Positions 40,697-53,444 of a stretch of DNA of 64,000 nt are shown in pieces. Under the pieces are notes generated by a model, which ran no database searches, had not been told where the DNA came from, and worked only from the letters and a program-made list of their open reading frames with translations. The stretch lies in the NCBI RefSeq assembly GCF_009914755.1, contig NC_060934.1; one strand, given 5' to 3'. Both the position numbers and the translations under genes were made by a program. The stretch is from the human T2T-CHM13v2.0 reference genome, Homo sapiens. Each line of letters begins with the position of its first letter. Position 1 is the stretch's first letter.

Positions 40697-40970
40697 AAAT
40701 AGATACATGGAAAGCTAAGGAAGTAAAAAAGTAATTTATACATTGTCAATTCTAGGGAAAACAAAAAATTCAATAAGAAAGGAAATCTAATCATAGTACA
40801 CTACATGACCCAGCTGTGAATACTTGCTTAATTATACTTATGTATATCGTTCTGTATACATGATTATGCTGTATCTTGATCAAACTACAAAGAGTTAAAA
40901 CATAATCTTATTGGGAAGATGGGAGAGTAGAAGTGTGCTGGGGGAGCAGGGTCATAAAAGAGCTGAAATT

Positions 40971-41263
40971 GGCCGGGTGCAGTGGCTCACGCCTGTAATC
41001 CCAGCACTTTGGGAGGCTGAGGCAGGTGGATCACAAGGTCAGGAGATCGAGACCATCCTGGCTGACACGGTGAAACCCCATCTCTATTAAAAATACAAAA
41101 CAATTAGCCAGGTGTGGTGGCGGGGTGCCCGTAGTCCCAGCTACTCAGAAAGCTGAGGCAGGAGAATGGCATGAACCCAGGAGGCAGAGGTTGCAGTGAG
41201 CTGAGATCGCGCCACTGCACTCCAGCCTAGACGACAGAGTGAGACTCCATCTCAGAAAAAAAA
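40971..41263 (+). mobile_element. Alu (AluY/AluSc-like)
   Basis: gagatcgagaccatcctggct diagnostic; perfect TSD aaaagagctgaaatt. Confidence 0.95.
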
Positions 41264-43455
41264 AAAAGAGCTGAAATTTCACTGTCTATAACAAGAAGAT
41301 TATAGGTAAAACTGAGAAATTCAGTAGTGGTAACCTAAGCATATGTTTGGAGGAAAGAAAGTATATACCCAAAAGAAATAGCTAAAAGACTGTAAGGAAT
41401 TACCTTTGTGGGGTAGGAATCCGTGCTGGCAAAATGACCTAGGCTTTTGGTTTATTTGGATTTCTAAACGATATAAATATATGACAATAACAACTTTAAA
41501 TTTATTAAAATGTCTAGGAAAACACCCTCCAAAGCATTGCCATAGGGTTGTGTTAATAATTTTAAGTTGATGAGAACAACCAAATCAAAGAGATGGGTTT
41601 GGGGAAAGGAGAGATACAAAGATGCTTAGGATGTGAATCTGGTGTGTGGTTGGACATGGAGGGTAAGGAAAGGGGGAAAGAAGCAAGGAAACCTAATAAC
41701 TGGTAAGCATATTTGCCAGTGGTCGTGGAGAAATAAAGTTCCAATGGCAAGGTGGTCCAGAGCCCCCATCACTTACTCTCCCACTTCTATGTTTTCCCTT
41801 CCTCACACTTGAGTTTATGATCATGTTTTTTTGCATGGTTGATGAAATCTGTCCCCCACTACACCATAAGCTCCACAAGGACTGAGTCTACAACTGTCTT
41901 GTTCTCTGTTGTGGCTACAGGACCCGCGGCACCAGGCATATAGTAGGCACTCAATTAAGATTCCCTAAATGAATGAATGAAAGACTGAATTATAAGTCAT
42001 TTTACTCGTTATTACTCATGGCTCTGAGCCAAACAACCTGTGAACTCAGTCTCTCTTGCTACAGTTATTCCAAGGTGGTGAAAAGAGGGGTGAGTTGACT
42101 GTTCACAGGGAAGCTGCTTCTATGGACCAACACAAATCAGGAATTAAATAGAGGAAACCAGAGAAATTAAAAGAGTAGTCTCCTTCATAGATGGGCTCAC
42201 CGTTCTTTCCTTCGGTCCTAACAGGTAGGGCACGTCTAAAGTGAGCTGTGGTTGTGTAATGTTTGTCTTTTCAGCCTCTAATTAGGTGCGTTCAGAGAGA
42301 CCAGAGCCTGAGTCATCTTTATGCATTCATTCGCAACTGAAAGAGAAAAGCTGTCAAATCCCTAAACGTGCCTTGTAAACCTATACCAAGTTCATTGTGA
42401 ATGGGAAGTTTCCTCCTGTGCAGGGCTTTGACAGCTAACTGGCCATCCTACAGAACTGTGAAACCCCAAGAGTTACTCACAGTTACCCTGATGTTGACCC
42501 AAAAGTGATTACTATGGGTCAGGGTGGCCCCCTGAGTCTCCATCAGCCCCTAGAATTGCTCCAAATAAACATGCAGTCCAAAAAACCAGTGTGCATACTA
42601 CATACCCAGCCTCAAGTGGGGGAGCTGTAGAATGAGTACCCGGCCCCACTTCCAGACACCTCACCCTCCGTGAACCCCTCCTACATTGACATCCTGGAGC
42701 TTTCTCTATATTTCTATCCTTTGATAAAAGTTTAAATATCTTGTGATAAAAAGAAAAAGAACTTTTATTATTCAACAGGCTCTTTCCCCTTGAAAATGTC
42801 AGTTGAGCCTGCTAAGGGGTCTAGTTCCTGTCTCAGAACGATTTCTTAGATTATGGATCCAGTTTAAATGAATTGATCCTGAGCCATGAAATAGCAGCCA
42901 AGATTCAGTAACAGATCTCACACCCTCTATCCTCTATCTCTTGTTCCCTGGGCTCCTACTGGAGGAGACAGCGCTGGTTGTGGTGGGAGTCTGTTCAGGA
43001 CAGCCTGGGACGCCCTTCACAATGCTTGCACAGGATCCGGTAGTCTCCAAGCTCTGCACACAGCCTTCTTCCCAAACTCTCTCCCTGCCCAAGCAGTTGG
43101 TAGTTGAGAAGACCAGGCCAGCCCCATTCTTTCCACTTAGAGAACCAGGCGGATATAGTTGTGTAGGGGATGCTCAGACTCACTAACCTTTAGCTCAGAT
43201 GTCTCAAGCTAGAACCCAACCTGCTCTGGACTCATTCAGTGCATGTGGAAATGCGCAAGGGCCCGGGAGCAGAGGCCGCATGGCAGAGCGGTCAGTCCTG
43301 AGCAGCCACTCATACACATTGTTGGCAGCAGGCACTGGGTAAGCATGAGCCGTGGCTGCTGGAGTCACCAGCAGTCCTGTAGACTACAGAGCAGGGAACA
43401 AGGAGGTGCAGGAGGCCCACTTCTCATCTCCTGTTCTTTGTCCCCAACTACACAG

Positions 43456-43593
43456 GCCATAACAGGGATGGCCATTGACAACCACCTGCTGGCACTGCGG
43501 GAGCTGGCCCGGGCCATGTGCAAGGAGCTGCCCGAGATGTTCATGGATGAAACCTACCTGATGAGCAACCGGTTTGTCCTCTCCACTAGCCAG
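43456..43593 (+). CDS. CHAT: CHAT exon 14 ([12 protein letters not shown]...LSTSQ)
   Basis: cacag|GCC acceptor, CAG|gtacgg donor; 138 nt. Confidence 0.98.
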
Positions 43594-43761
43594 GTACGGC
43601 CCCGTGCAGCTATCGCCCAAGAGTAGTGTAGTCAGTAAGCTTTCTAAAGAGCAGTGACAACAAGCCCACTAGCTGGAATCAGGCAAATCCTGCCTCTGCT
43701 TTTTCTGAACTATGTGATCTTCAGCAAAATGATCTGAATGTTCATTAGAAGATGGTTTACT

Positions 43762-44055
43762 GACCAGGCTTGGTGGCTTACAACTATAATCCCAACACCT
43801 TGGGAGGCTGAGGCAGGAGGATTGCTCCAGCCCAGGAGTTTGAGACCAGCCTGGGCAACATGGGGAGACCTCATCTCCCTATTTTTAAAAATTAGCTGGG
43901 CATGGTGGTGCGTGCCTGAAGTCCCAGCTACTAAAGAGGCTGAAATAAGAGGACTGCTTGAGCTGGGGAGGTGGAGATTGCAGTGAGCCCTGATTGCACC
44001 ACTGCATTCCAGCCCAGGTGACAGAGTGAGACCCTGTCTCAAAAAAAGAAAAAAG
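43762..44055 (+). mobile_element. Alu (AluJ-like)
   Basis: gaggattgctccagcccaggagtttgagaccagcctgggcaac. Confidence 0.9.
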
Positions 44056-45464
44056 GAAGAAGAAGGTTTCCCATCTCCTAAATGGGAGTAATCAGCAGAC
44101 CCTACTTAGCCGAGGTGGAGACAGTACAGGAACATACCCATTCTGGTGCCCTAACCATTACACCTTACTACCTTTCAATCTATTGCCGCGGTTTCCACGG
44201 GCTCTGATGCCCAGCAGGTCTGCAGTGAAGACTTGGCTTGGCCAGATACAATTATGTAGGGAGAAAGCCCAGCCCAGGGCCTGGCGTGGACAGGGCCCTC
44301 TAAATAGGTCACAGATATTATTATAAAGGGCCACGCAACCAACAGCAGAACATTCGTGGCCAGCCCAACATCTAACCAGTGCCTCAGCGTGTCCTGTATG
44401 AGAGCCACTGCCACAAAGACAGAATGCAATCCATTAGAGAGAGGTCGTGGTTTAGGAGGGGAAATGCCCCACAGCCATCAATTTACTAAAATGCCACCTC
44501 ATCTGCGAAAGGCTGGATGGGCAGTACTGGAGTTGATAAGCTGTGTTTGAGGACAGAAGCCCACTCAGTAATGGGATGTTGTCATTATGGCAGTGAGCAT
44601 GCAGACGTGAATAAACGAGGACAGAACACAGCACCATAAATTTCTCAGGAAATCATCCATGGGCAAAAAGTGCTTTGGAATGGCTTTATGGCCTTCGGCT
44701 ATTGCACGGCAAATTTATCTGACAATGTGGTGACTCTATTAGCAAGACTAATGGTTTGTTCTGCCCCATTAAAACAGCCAGTGTCACTTCCAAAGGCCTC
44801 AGCACACAGCACCAGAAACCTGTAGGTTTAAAACAAACCAGGCCCTGCACCTGCCCAAGAATCCTTTCTATTTTTTTTCCCAAGGACCAGCTAATAAAAT
44901 TAATCTGGGGTGTGGGAGTTTTGTTGTTTTCCAACTGGAAAGCAGCATTTATGGCTTGAATGCTTTCAGAAACATACTTTCTTGGTTTGTGATCTGGATT
45001 ACAAAATCTCGGCACTCTGATTCAAAACATACTAGGTGCATAAGTAAAACTGATGGCAATCTTTGAAACACCCAACTCTGGGTAATTGTGCATGGCCAGG
45101 CTGCAGGGAGAAATCAGAGAAGCCAGGCAATACTGACAGTAATTAAGGATCTGGGGGAAATCGACAGAGAGGATGGGCCAGATTTCCTCCAGTTCATAAA
45201 TTCCTCCCTCCGGAAAGCATCTAACTATGGGGTGCCACCAGGGGACCATTTAGTAAATTACCTGATTGCCTCCGTGCCTCAAATGGCCCCCAGGTGAAGT
45301 GGAGACTCAGCCCAAGACCTAGCACCAGGTCACTCCGGGAGCTTCCAACTCCACAAGTAGAGCAGATTGCACACCAGGGAGTGGGCTTGGGGCCCCTCAT
45401 CCTCTGATATCATGCAGTTAGATGGGTCTGTTTTTATGACTCTGGCTGTGTCCATCCATGCTAA

Positions 45465-45857
<393 letters not shown>

Positions 45858-47037
45858 CTCCTGCCACTAGGTTTCACCTCCCAAACCCAGCCTCTAGAAC
45901 AGCCAGACCCTGCAGATCCCCACTCCCGTCCCTTACCCCAGCTTTCCACAGCTCCCTGTCCTCAGGGTCCAACTCACAGACCATACAGAGACATCACACA
46001 GAGCCGGAGTGTTAGGAGGAAAGGGTCCCCTCTTCATGCATGGGAATCATCATTTTCAAGGTGGCTTTGGGCCTGCACACTGGGAAATGGGACCTGCCTG
46101 GCTCAGAGGCAGCCTGGATGCACTGGGGAACCACACTAAGGACTCCTTCTGTGGTCCTTGGAAGCTTAGTGTTCATGTCTCCTTCCCTAGCAGGACCTAG
46201 TATGTCCAGGTGATGCTTCTGCCCAAGGAAAGGATGAGTCACTCTATTACATGCAACGTACCTAATGAGTTAGGAAGGAAGAGGCTAACTCCAGGTCATT
46301 ACCTCTTTTCTTTTTTGGGGGAGAGGAGGCTGTGTTTTGAGATTCAGAGCATTCTTATCGTGGCATTCCCAGTGTCTCCACTGAGCCGTACAGTCCTACA
46401 AGCACCCACTCCTCCCACACACACCACAGAGCCCAAGTCCATTTAAAATATAGTGACTTGGGCCCACAAACACATTTCTGCTTTCGTGCCCAGGGGCAGC
46501 CTTCTGTTGAGCTCAGAAAATTGTGTCCAGCTATTCTGAAAGGAAAAAAAAATTTATCTGTGACTGCCCTGGAGTTGCTGCCACTCTCTGCTTAGCAGGC
46601 GGCATCAGGGCCAGTCCAAGATGAGTAAACTGCACAGCCCCAAGCAGATGGTGCCTGGTGCCGGTGGGTTTGCAGAGGACCTGGCCCCTTCCCGGGGTCC
46701 TGCCATTTGCATTTTTTCTGCATCTTTTCCCCTCTCCTCCCCTCCTACATGCTCCAGTAGGTGAAGAGAGATGGTTACTTTGGGTTTTTCCACTATCTGT
46801 TTTGTTTTAAGACAGAGATTTTTAAGAAAACCACCCTGACATTAATTTCAGAAATTCTTAGTGATTCAAGCAGGACCCTTAGGCAGCTGGGCTCCTTTAT
46901 TTGGAGCAGGCTATCCAGGGACTCTGACAAAAACCCATGTGGTAGAGCCTAGAGCAGGGCTCTCTTCTGGCCTCAGGGACTTAGGGGACAGCTGGCAGGG
47001 AGCAGGGCTGGGAGGAGGGCACAGCCTCCTCCAGAGT

Positions 47038-47107
47038 CAGCCCCAGCCCCAGCCCCAGCTCCAGCTCCAGCCCCAGCTCCAGCTCCAGCCCCAGCTCCAG
47101 CTCCAGC
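47038..47107. repeat. (CAGCYC)11 hexamer repeat in the CHAT 3'UTR
   Basis: CAGCCC x3, then CAGCTC-CAGCTC-CAGCCC periodicity. Confidence 0.95.
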
Positions 47108-47934
47108 ATGGGCAGGACAGGCAGGTCAGCAGAGGCAGAGTTGAGATGTCTCCAGAGACTGTGATCATAGGAGAGACACAAGAGGCACTTCCTATTAGAG
47201 CACATTTTTATGGGAAGTCTAAAGGGCAGAGGGAGGGAGTAAGAAAGCAACCAGAGAAATCTACAGCATAGAGCCCGTGTGTTCTGCTCCACATCCCTCC
47301 AATCCTGCTGCTTCCTGCTGAGCACTCTGCTCTAGCCCAGCAATCCTGTAGGTCTCCCTTCTTTGTGCCACTGTGAAGGCTCTCCACACTTCGACCTGGA
47401 CTGTCACAGGCTGGCAGAGGTGGGGTGGGCATTTGACCTTTGCTCAGCTCTTTGAAAACACAAGCAGCCTCAAGAAGTGAGTTCCTTGAACCCCTGGTTT
47501 TAGATGGAGGATCTCTATTAGATGTCATGGGAGATTTGGGCACTACCCTTTGAACATACAAACTTAAGTCATTGGCCTGAGATTTATGCTCCTTCCCTCC
47601 CACGGCCACCTTCCTACTCTGCTTAGGAAGTTGCAGCACAAGGGTCCTGGGTTTTCTGGGGAAAGGCAGCCCACCTGCTGTAAGTTGGCCCAAAGCTACT
47701 TGTCTGTTCTCTCCAAGTGACCACAGTGCAGATCTGAGTTCTCCTCCGGTTCCTTTCCCTCCATGGATTTCTGCGCAGACATAGAGCTCCAGCTATGGGG
47801 CCAGGCAGCCCCACCAACCTCGGCCAAATGACATGCATGCCCAGAGACGCAGTTCCTTCCACTGTCAAATGAGAACAAGAGTGTCCCCACTTGCAAGACT
47901 ATGAGGATTGGAGAGCATGTGTGTCAAGGACCTT

Positions 47935-48098
47935 GCTGGGTCAACAATTCATTTGCCTTTGTCTGGAGTCTGCCAGCAGCAGTAGCTAATGTCTAAAAGA
48001 CACAGGGGCCAGGAGAGAAAAGGGAGGAAAGAACTAAGTCTCTCCTAGTCTATGGCATGCTATCATGGGGTCAAGTAGGGGCAGGGAGGCTTCATGGG
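47935..48098 (+). repeat. 165-bp direct repeat, copy 1
   Basis: About 93% identical to 48817-48981 by manual alignment. Confidence 0.95.
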
Positions 48099-48498
48099 GC
48101 CTACCTTTGGGATGACATTACCCCAGTGGGCATTGTTTGGGTGGTTTTCTTTTAAACTATTTACACTGATATGACAGACTCAAACTCATATTTGCTATTC
48201 TCCGAGCACATGGAAAGGTAACTCACTCTGTACATTCAGATATCAAACTATGCACTGTGAGGGCTACGAGAAGCGCAAACAGTAAACGCTTGGCAGGAGG
48301 GAACACTTCCTCTCTCTGAGGAAGAGGCTGGAAGCTGGTCTTCCCCCTCCAAGAATACACGGGTGCACTGAGTCTTTATGCAAAGGCAACACTGAGCCAT
48401 GGCCAAGGGCATCTCTGCGGGGACCCTGGGAAAGGAGCCTGCTCCAGGTGTCCCCAAAGAGATGGAAAACAAGACAGTCATTTGGAACAGTGATGCAT

Positions 48499-48504
48499 AA
48501 TAAA
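48499..48504 (+). terminator. candidate proximal poly(A) signal AATAAA
   Basis: AATAAA at the start of the AT-rich block. Confidence 0.45.
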
Positions 48505-48731
48505 ATGTATGTGGCCACCTTACAATACTGCTAAGTTGCTAAAATATATAAAGTTAATATTTGAGTTCTATTTTTATAAAATAGTTCTAGATTTATGGCA
48601 ATATAAACGTGTATAGCCTTTTGATTTTAATTTCTAGTTTTGTGCTTTGAAGAAATATATGTAAGATTAAAGAACTGTATATTGTAAGCATTATATTCAA
48701 ATTATTTAAAAATTGTTCTAAGTCTATATTC

Positions 48732-48737
48732 AATAAA
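48732..48737 (+). terminator. distal poly(A) signal AATAAA of CHAT
   Basis: AATAAA preceded by several TGTA (CFIm-type) motifs and followed by GT-rich 'gatgttgcccattgttt'. Confidence 0.75.
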
Positions 48738-48816
48738 AAGTAATGCCAAGAAAGATGATGTTGCCCATTGTTTCTACCCAGACTCGCTTTAAAATGTAAT
48801 GTCATAAATTCTCTGA

Positions 48817-48981
48817 GCTGGGTCAACAATTCATTTGCCTTTGTCTGGGGTCTGCCACCAGCAGTAGCCAATATCTAAAAGACACAGGAGCCAGGAGAGA
48901 AAAGGGAGGAGAGAACTAAGTCTCTCCTAGTCTATGGCATGCCATCACGGGGTGGGGTAAGGGGCAGGGAGGCTTCATGGG
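48817..48981 (+). repeat. 165-bp direct repeat, copy 2
   Basis: About 93% identical to 47935-48098. Confidence 0.95.
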
Positions 48982-49084
48982 ATGCTTGTGATCAGGTTGA
49001 CAGAAACCTGGGTGTAGACAGGAAGTGGGTGTCTCCACTTAAGCCTGCACAAACATGTGTGGACAGCATGGGGAAGAGAAAAGA

Positions 49085-49250
49085 GCACAAGGCTCAGAGG
49101 CTGGATGCCTGGACAATAAACACAGCTCTGTTTCTAACTTACTGTGGACTTTGGGGAAGTCACTTCGCCTCTCTAGGCTTAGTTTCCTCATCTGTACAAT
49201 GGGAATATTGATATCAGCATTACTCACTTCCAGGGTTGTAGAGAGATGAT
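49085..49250 (+). mobile_element. MIR SINE
   Basis: actttggggaagtcacttcgcctctct...agtttcctcatctgtacaatggg. Confidence 0.8.
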
Positions 49251-49840
49251 ATGAGTTGGTGACTGTTTGAAAACTTAGGAAGTGGTGTAAAAGCCAAGCC
49301 TTCTTGTTGCAGGCTCACACAGACATACGCACACAGCTTGTTTTGCCCTGCACAGCTGAAATACATTCCAAGCTGCAAGATATCCTCATAGCCATGAAAA
49401 TCCACAAAATCAGAACTGAGATTCCTCCAAACGGAAGCCCAAATGCCTTCCAATTGGACCCTAAAAAAGAACCTTGAAGTGTGTGGGTTTGTGGGATTTG
49501 GGATGCTGGAAAGGCACTATTCAAAGAGATAATGGCTAAGAGTAGTCCAGCAGGAGTGGAGGGGAAAGGGAAGAACAGGATCTGAGCAATATGGGTTTTG
49601 CTCTTATCACAGATGTCACAGCCATCCCCAAAGTAACCAGATGCAGAGACAGACACCGAGAGAAAGGCAAGAGCAGGCAAGCCGACATGCAACATACAAA
49701 ACCACGCCACCCTCCTGAGGCCTCTGAAGCTCCCTGCGGGGTGGGTGTTGGTACAGAAGCAGGGAAGAGTCCCTCCCAGGTTCACAAGAGCAGCTAGAAG
49801 TTTCCAAATTACTCCTAAGCAGTTCTCCTTGGAGAGTAAT

Positions 49841-49880
49841 GAGAGAGAGAGAGAGAGAGAGAGAGCGTGAGAGAGCGAGC
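49841..49880. repeat. (GA)n microsatellite
   Basis: Directly visible. Confidence 0.9.
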
Positions 49881-50737
49881 TAGGTGGAGGGAGGGAGATT
49901 GAGAGAGACAGTGTGCAGTGCCTTGGGTTCCCTTTATAAATTCAGCCTATCTCCCTGCTTTTGTGCTTCTGAGTTTTCATTTCAAAGAAGCCTCTTGAGT
50001 CTGCAAGGTGAACAATATGCCACATCTGGGAAAAGCTGGCCACACATCCCCCGAAAGGACCTTTCTAAAAGCTGTTCTCCATGGCTCCCAGGGACCAGCT
50101 CTGTCCTTGTTCTTCTGCTGTGTGCTCCTCCCACCTCCTTCTGGGATTTCTCTCCCTATTTCTGCTGTGTATATGCCAATGGATCCCTTAGTCTCTGTTT
50201 CTTACATTAAGGTGCAGCAATATGGGCTGAGGTGATGCAGAAGCGCCCCTCCACCTGCAAAACCATATACAAAAAAAAGGAAAAGTTTTAAAATATATAA
50301 TCAAGAGAAAGAAAGCAAGTCCTCACATTCCAGAAAAAAAGAAAGATGTCCAGAGCATAGCACTAAGCAGGAGCCCAAGGTGAAGCAGAACAGAGCCTCA
50401 GTGGCTCCAGCTGGGTTCACCGTCCCTGCAAGCAGAGAAGACATAACAACTCATGCAAGGCAGGAGAAGCAACTAAACTCCCTGCACAAACCAGGACCTC
50501 CCAGAGGCATGCCGACCATGTGACAAGAACTAGAAAAACCTTTCTCATCATCTCATCAGTGCAGGAGAGGAGAAAAAAAGCCTGCCATCCACAGGGCTGT
50601 AGAGGGGGGAAAAGACATCCATGAAAAAGTAAAACCATAAACTCATGCCATATGTGGATGAGGAGCTTGAATTCATACCGCTTATATGTAAAGCACGCAC
50701 TCCAAGCCGATAATATTTTTTATTCTTGCCAAACATA

Positions 50738-53305
50738 TTTATTTATTTTTATTTCAATAGCCTTTGGGGTACATGTGGTTTCAGATTATATGGATGAACT
50801 GTATAGCGGTGCAGTCTGAAATTTTAGTGCACCTGTCACCTGAGTAGTGTACGTTGCACCCAATACATAATTTTTTTAATCCCTCACCACCCCCCCACAC
50901 TCCCCCTTCTGAGTCTCCATAGTCCATATCACTCTGTGTGCCTTTAAATACCCATAGCTTAGCTTCCACTTATAAGTGAGAACATATATATTTTTTTTTG
51001 TTCCTGAGTTACTTCATTAATAATGGCCTCCAGCTCTGTCCAAGTTGTGCAAAAGACATTTCCTTCTTTTTTTATGGCTGAGTATTATTCTATGGTATAC
51101 ATATTACATTTTCTTCACTCATTGGTTCATGGCCACCTAGATTGGTTCCATATCTTTGCAATTGTGAATTGTGCTGTAATAAATATACTTATGCAGGTGT
51201 CTTTTTGATATAATGACTTCTTTACCTTTTGACAGATGCCCAGTAGTGGGATTGCTGGATCAAACTGTAGATCTACTTTTCGTTCTTTAAGAAATCTCCA
51301 TGTTGCTGTCCACAAAGGTTGTACTAATTTACATTCCCACTAACAGTGTATAATTGTTCCCTTTTCACCACATCCATGCCAACATCTATTGTTTTCTGAA
51401 CTTTTAGTAATGGCCATTCTTGCAGGAATAAGGTGGTATCTCATTGTGGTTTTAATTTGCATTTCCCTGATGATTAGTGATGTTGAGCATTTTTTCATGT
51501 TTGTTGGCCATTTGTATATCTTCTATTGATAAATGTCTATTCGTATCATTTCTCACTTTTTGATGGAATTATTTGTTTTTTTTCTTGGTAATTTGTTTGA
51601 GTTCCTTGTATAATAGATTCTGGATATTAGTCCTTTGCTGAATGCATAGTTTGCAAATATTTTCTCCCATTTTGTGGGTTGTCTGTTTACTCTGTTTACT
51701 TACTTTTGCTGTACAGAAGCTTTTTAGTTGAATTAAGCCTCATTTATTTATTTTTGTTTTAGTTGCATTTGCTTTTGGAGTCTTAGTCATGAATTCTTTG
51801 CCTAGGCCAATGTCCACAAGAGTTTTTCCTAGGTTATGTTCTAAAATTTTTATGGTTTCAGGTCTTAAGATTTAAGTCTTTGATCCATATTGAGTTGATT
51901 TTTGTATAAGATGAGAGATAGAGATCCAGTTTCATTCTTCTACATGTGGCTAGCCAGTTTTTCCAGCACCATTTGTTGAATAGGTTGTCCCTTCCCCAAT
52001 TTATGTTTTTGTATACTTTGTCAAAGATCAAATGGTTTTAAGTATTTGCCTTTATTCCTGGGTTTGCTATTCTGTTCTATTGGTCTATGTGTATACTTCT
52101 ATGCCGATATCATGCTGTTTTGATAACTATCGCCTTGTAGTATAATTTGAAGTTCAGTAATATGATGCTTCCAGATTTGTTCTTTTTGGTTAGGATTGCT
52201 TTGGCTATTTGGTCTCTTTTTTGGTTCCATATGAATTTTAGGATCCTTTTTTCTAATTCTGGGAAAAATGATGTTGATATTTTGATAGGAATAGCATTGA
52301 ATCTGTAGATCGCTTTGGCCAGTATGGTCATGTTCACAATATTGATTCTATGAACCCAGGAGCATAGGATATGTTTCCATTTGTTTTGTCATTTATGATT
52401 TATTTCAGCAGTGTTTTGTATTGTAGTTCTTCTTGTAGAGATCTTCCACCTCCTTGGTTAAGTATATTCCCAGGTATTTTATATTTTTTCCCACTGTTAT
52501 TAAAGGGATTAAGTTATTAACTTGATTCTCAGCTTGGTCATTGTGGGTGTATAGCAGTGCTACTGATGTGTGTATATTGTCTTTTTAACCTGAGGCTTTC
52601 CTGAAATTGTTAATCAAATCTAGGAGTCTTTTGGAGGAGTCCTTACGGTTTCTCTAGGTATAAAATAATATCATCAGTGAACAGTGATAGTTTGACTTCC
52701 TCGTTTCTAATTCGGATGCCCTTTATTTCTTTCTCTTGCCTGATTGCTCTGACTAGGACTTCTGGTATTATGTTGAATAGAATTGGTGAAAATGGGAATC
52801 CTTGCCTTGTTCCATTCCTCAGGGAGAATGCTTTCAAATCTTCCCCATTCAGTTTGATGTTGGCTGTGGGTTTGTCATATATGGCTTTTATTATTTTGAG
52901 GTAAGTCCCTTTTATGCCTAGTTTGTTGAAAGTTTTTATCATAAAGGGAAGCTGAATTTTATTGAATGCTTTTTCCGCATCTATTGAAATGATCATATGG
53001 TTTTTTGTTTTTAATTCTGTTTATGTGATGTATCATATTTCTTAACTTGCATATGTTAAACTATCCCTGCATCCTTGGGATGAAACCCACTTGATCGTGG
53101 TGAATTATCTCTTTGATGTGCTCTTGGATTCAGTTAGCTAGTATTTTGTTGAGGATTTTTGCATCTATGTTCACCAGGAATATTGGTCTGTAGTTTTCTT
53201 TTTTGTTATATCCTTTCCTGGTTTTGGCTTTAGGGTGACTTCATAGAATGAGTTAGGGAGAATTCCTTTTATCTCAATATTTTGGAATAGTTTCAGTAGG
53301 ATTCC
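50738..53305 (-). mobile_element. 5'-truncated L1 (L1PB-like)
   Basis: ORF2 remnants [15 protein letters not shown]...GTRQG...[13 protein letters not shown] and [13 protein letters not shown]; primate-type 3'UTR at the left end. Confidence 0.92.
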
Positions 53306-53444
53306 AACCCAATAAAACCAAGTTGGCCTGGATCTGTAAGACCCAAGGGACCTCAGCAGACTCAAATACAAAAGCACTTTCCACTCTGCACACACCAAAC
53401 ACCCACAGAGGAAAACATTCCATTAAAGATGAGCTTGCAGAGCT

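Larger units (their letters stand above)
45858..48755 (+). other. CHAT: CHAT long 3'UTR
   Basis: Follows the stop codon and ends in an AU-rich block (48500-48750) with several TGTA elements and AATAAA hexamers; exact end inferred. Confidence 0.75.

Noticed and set aside
46861-47271. 136-aa ORF with QP/QL repeat in the 3'UTR
   Set aside because: GTG start; explained by the hexamer repeat
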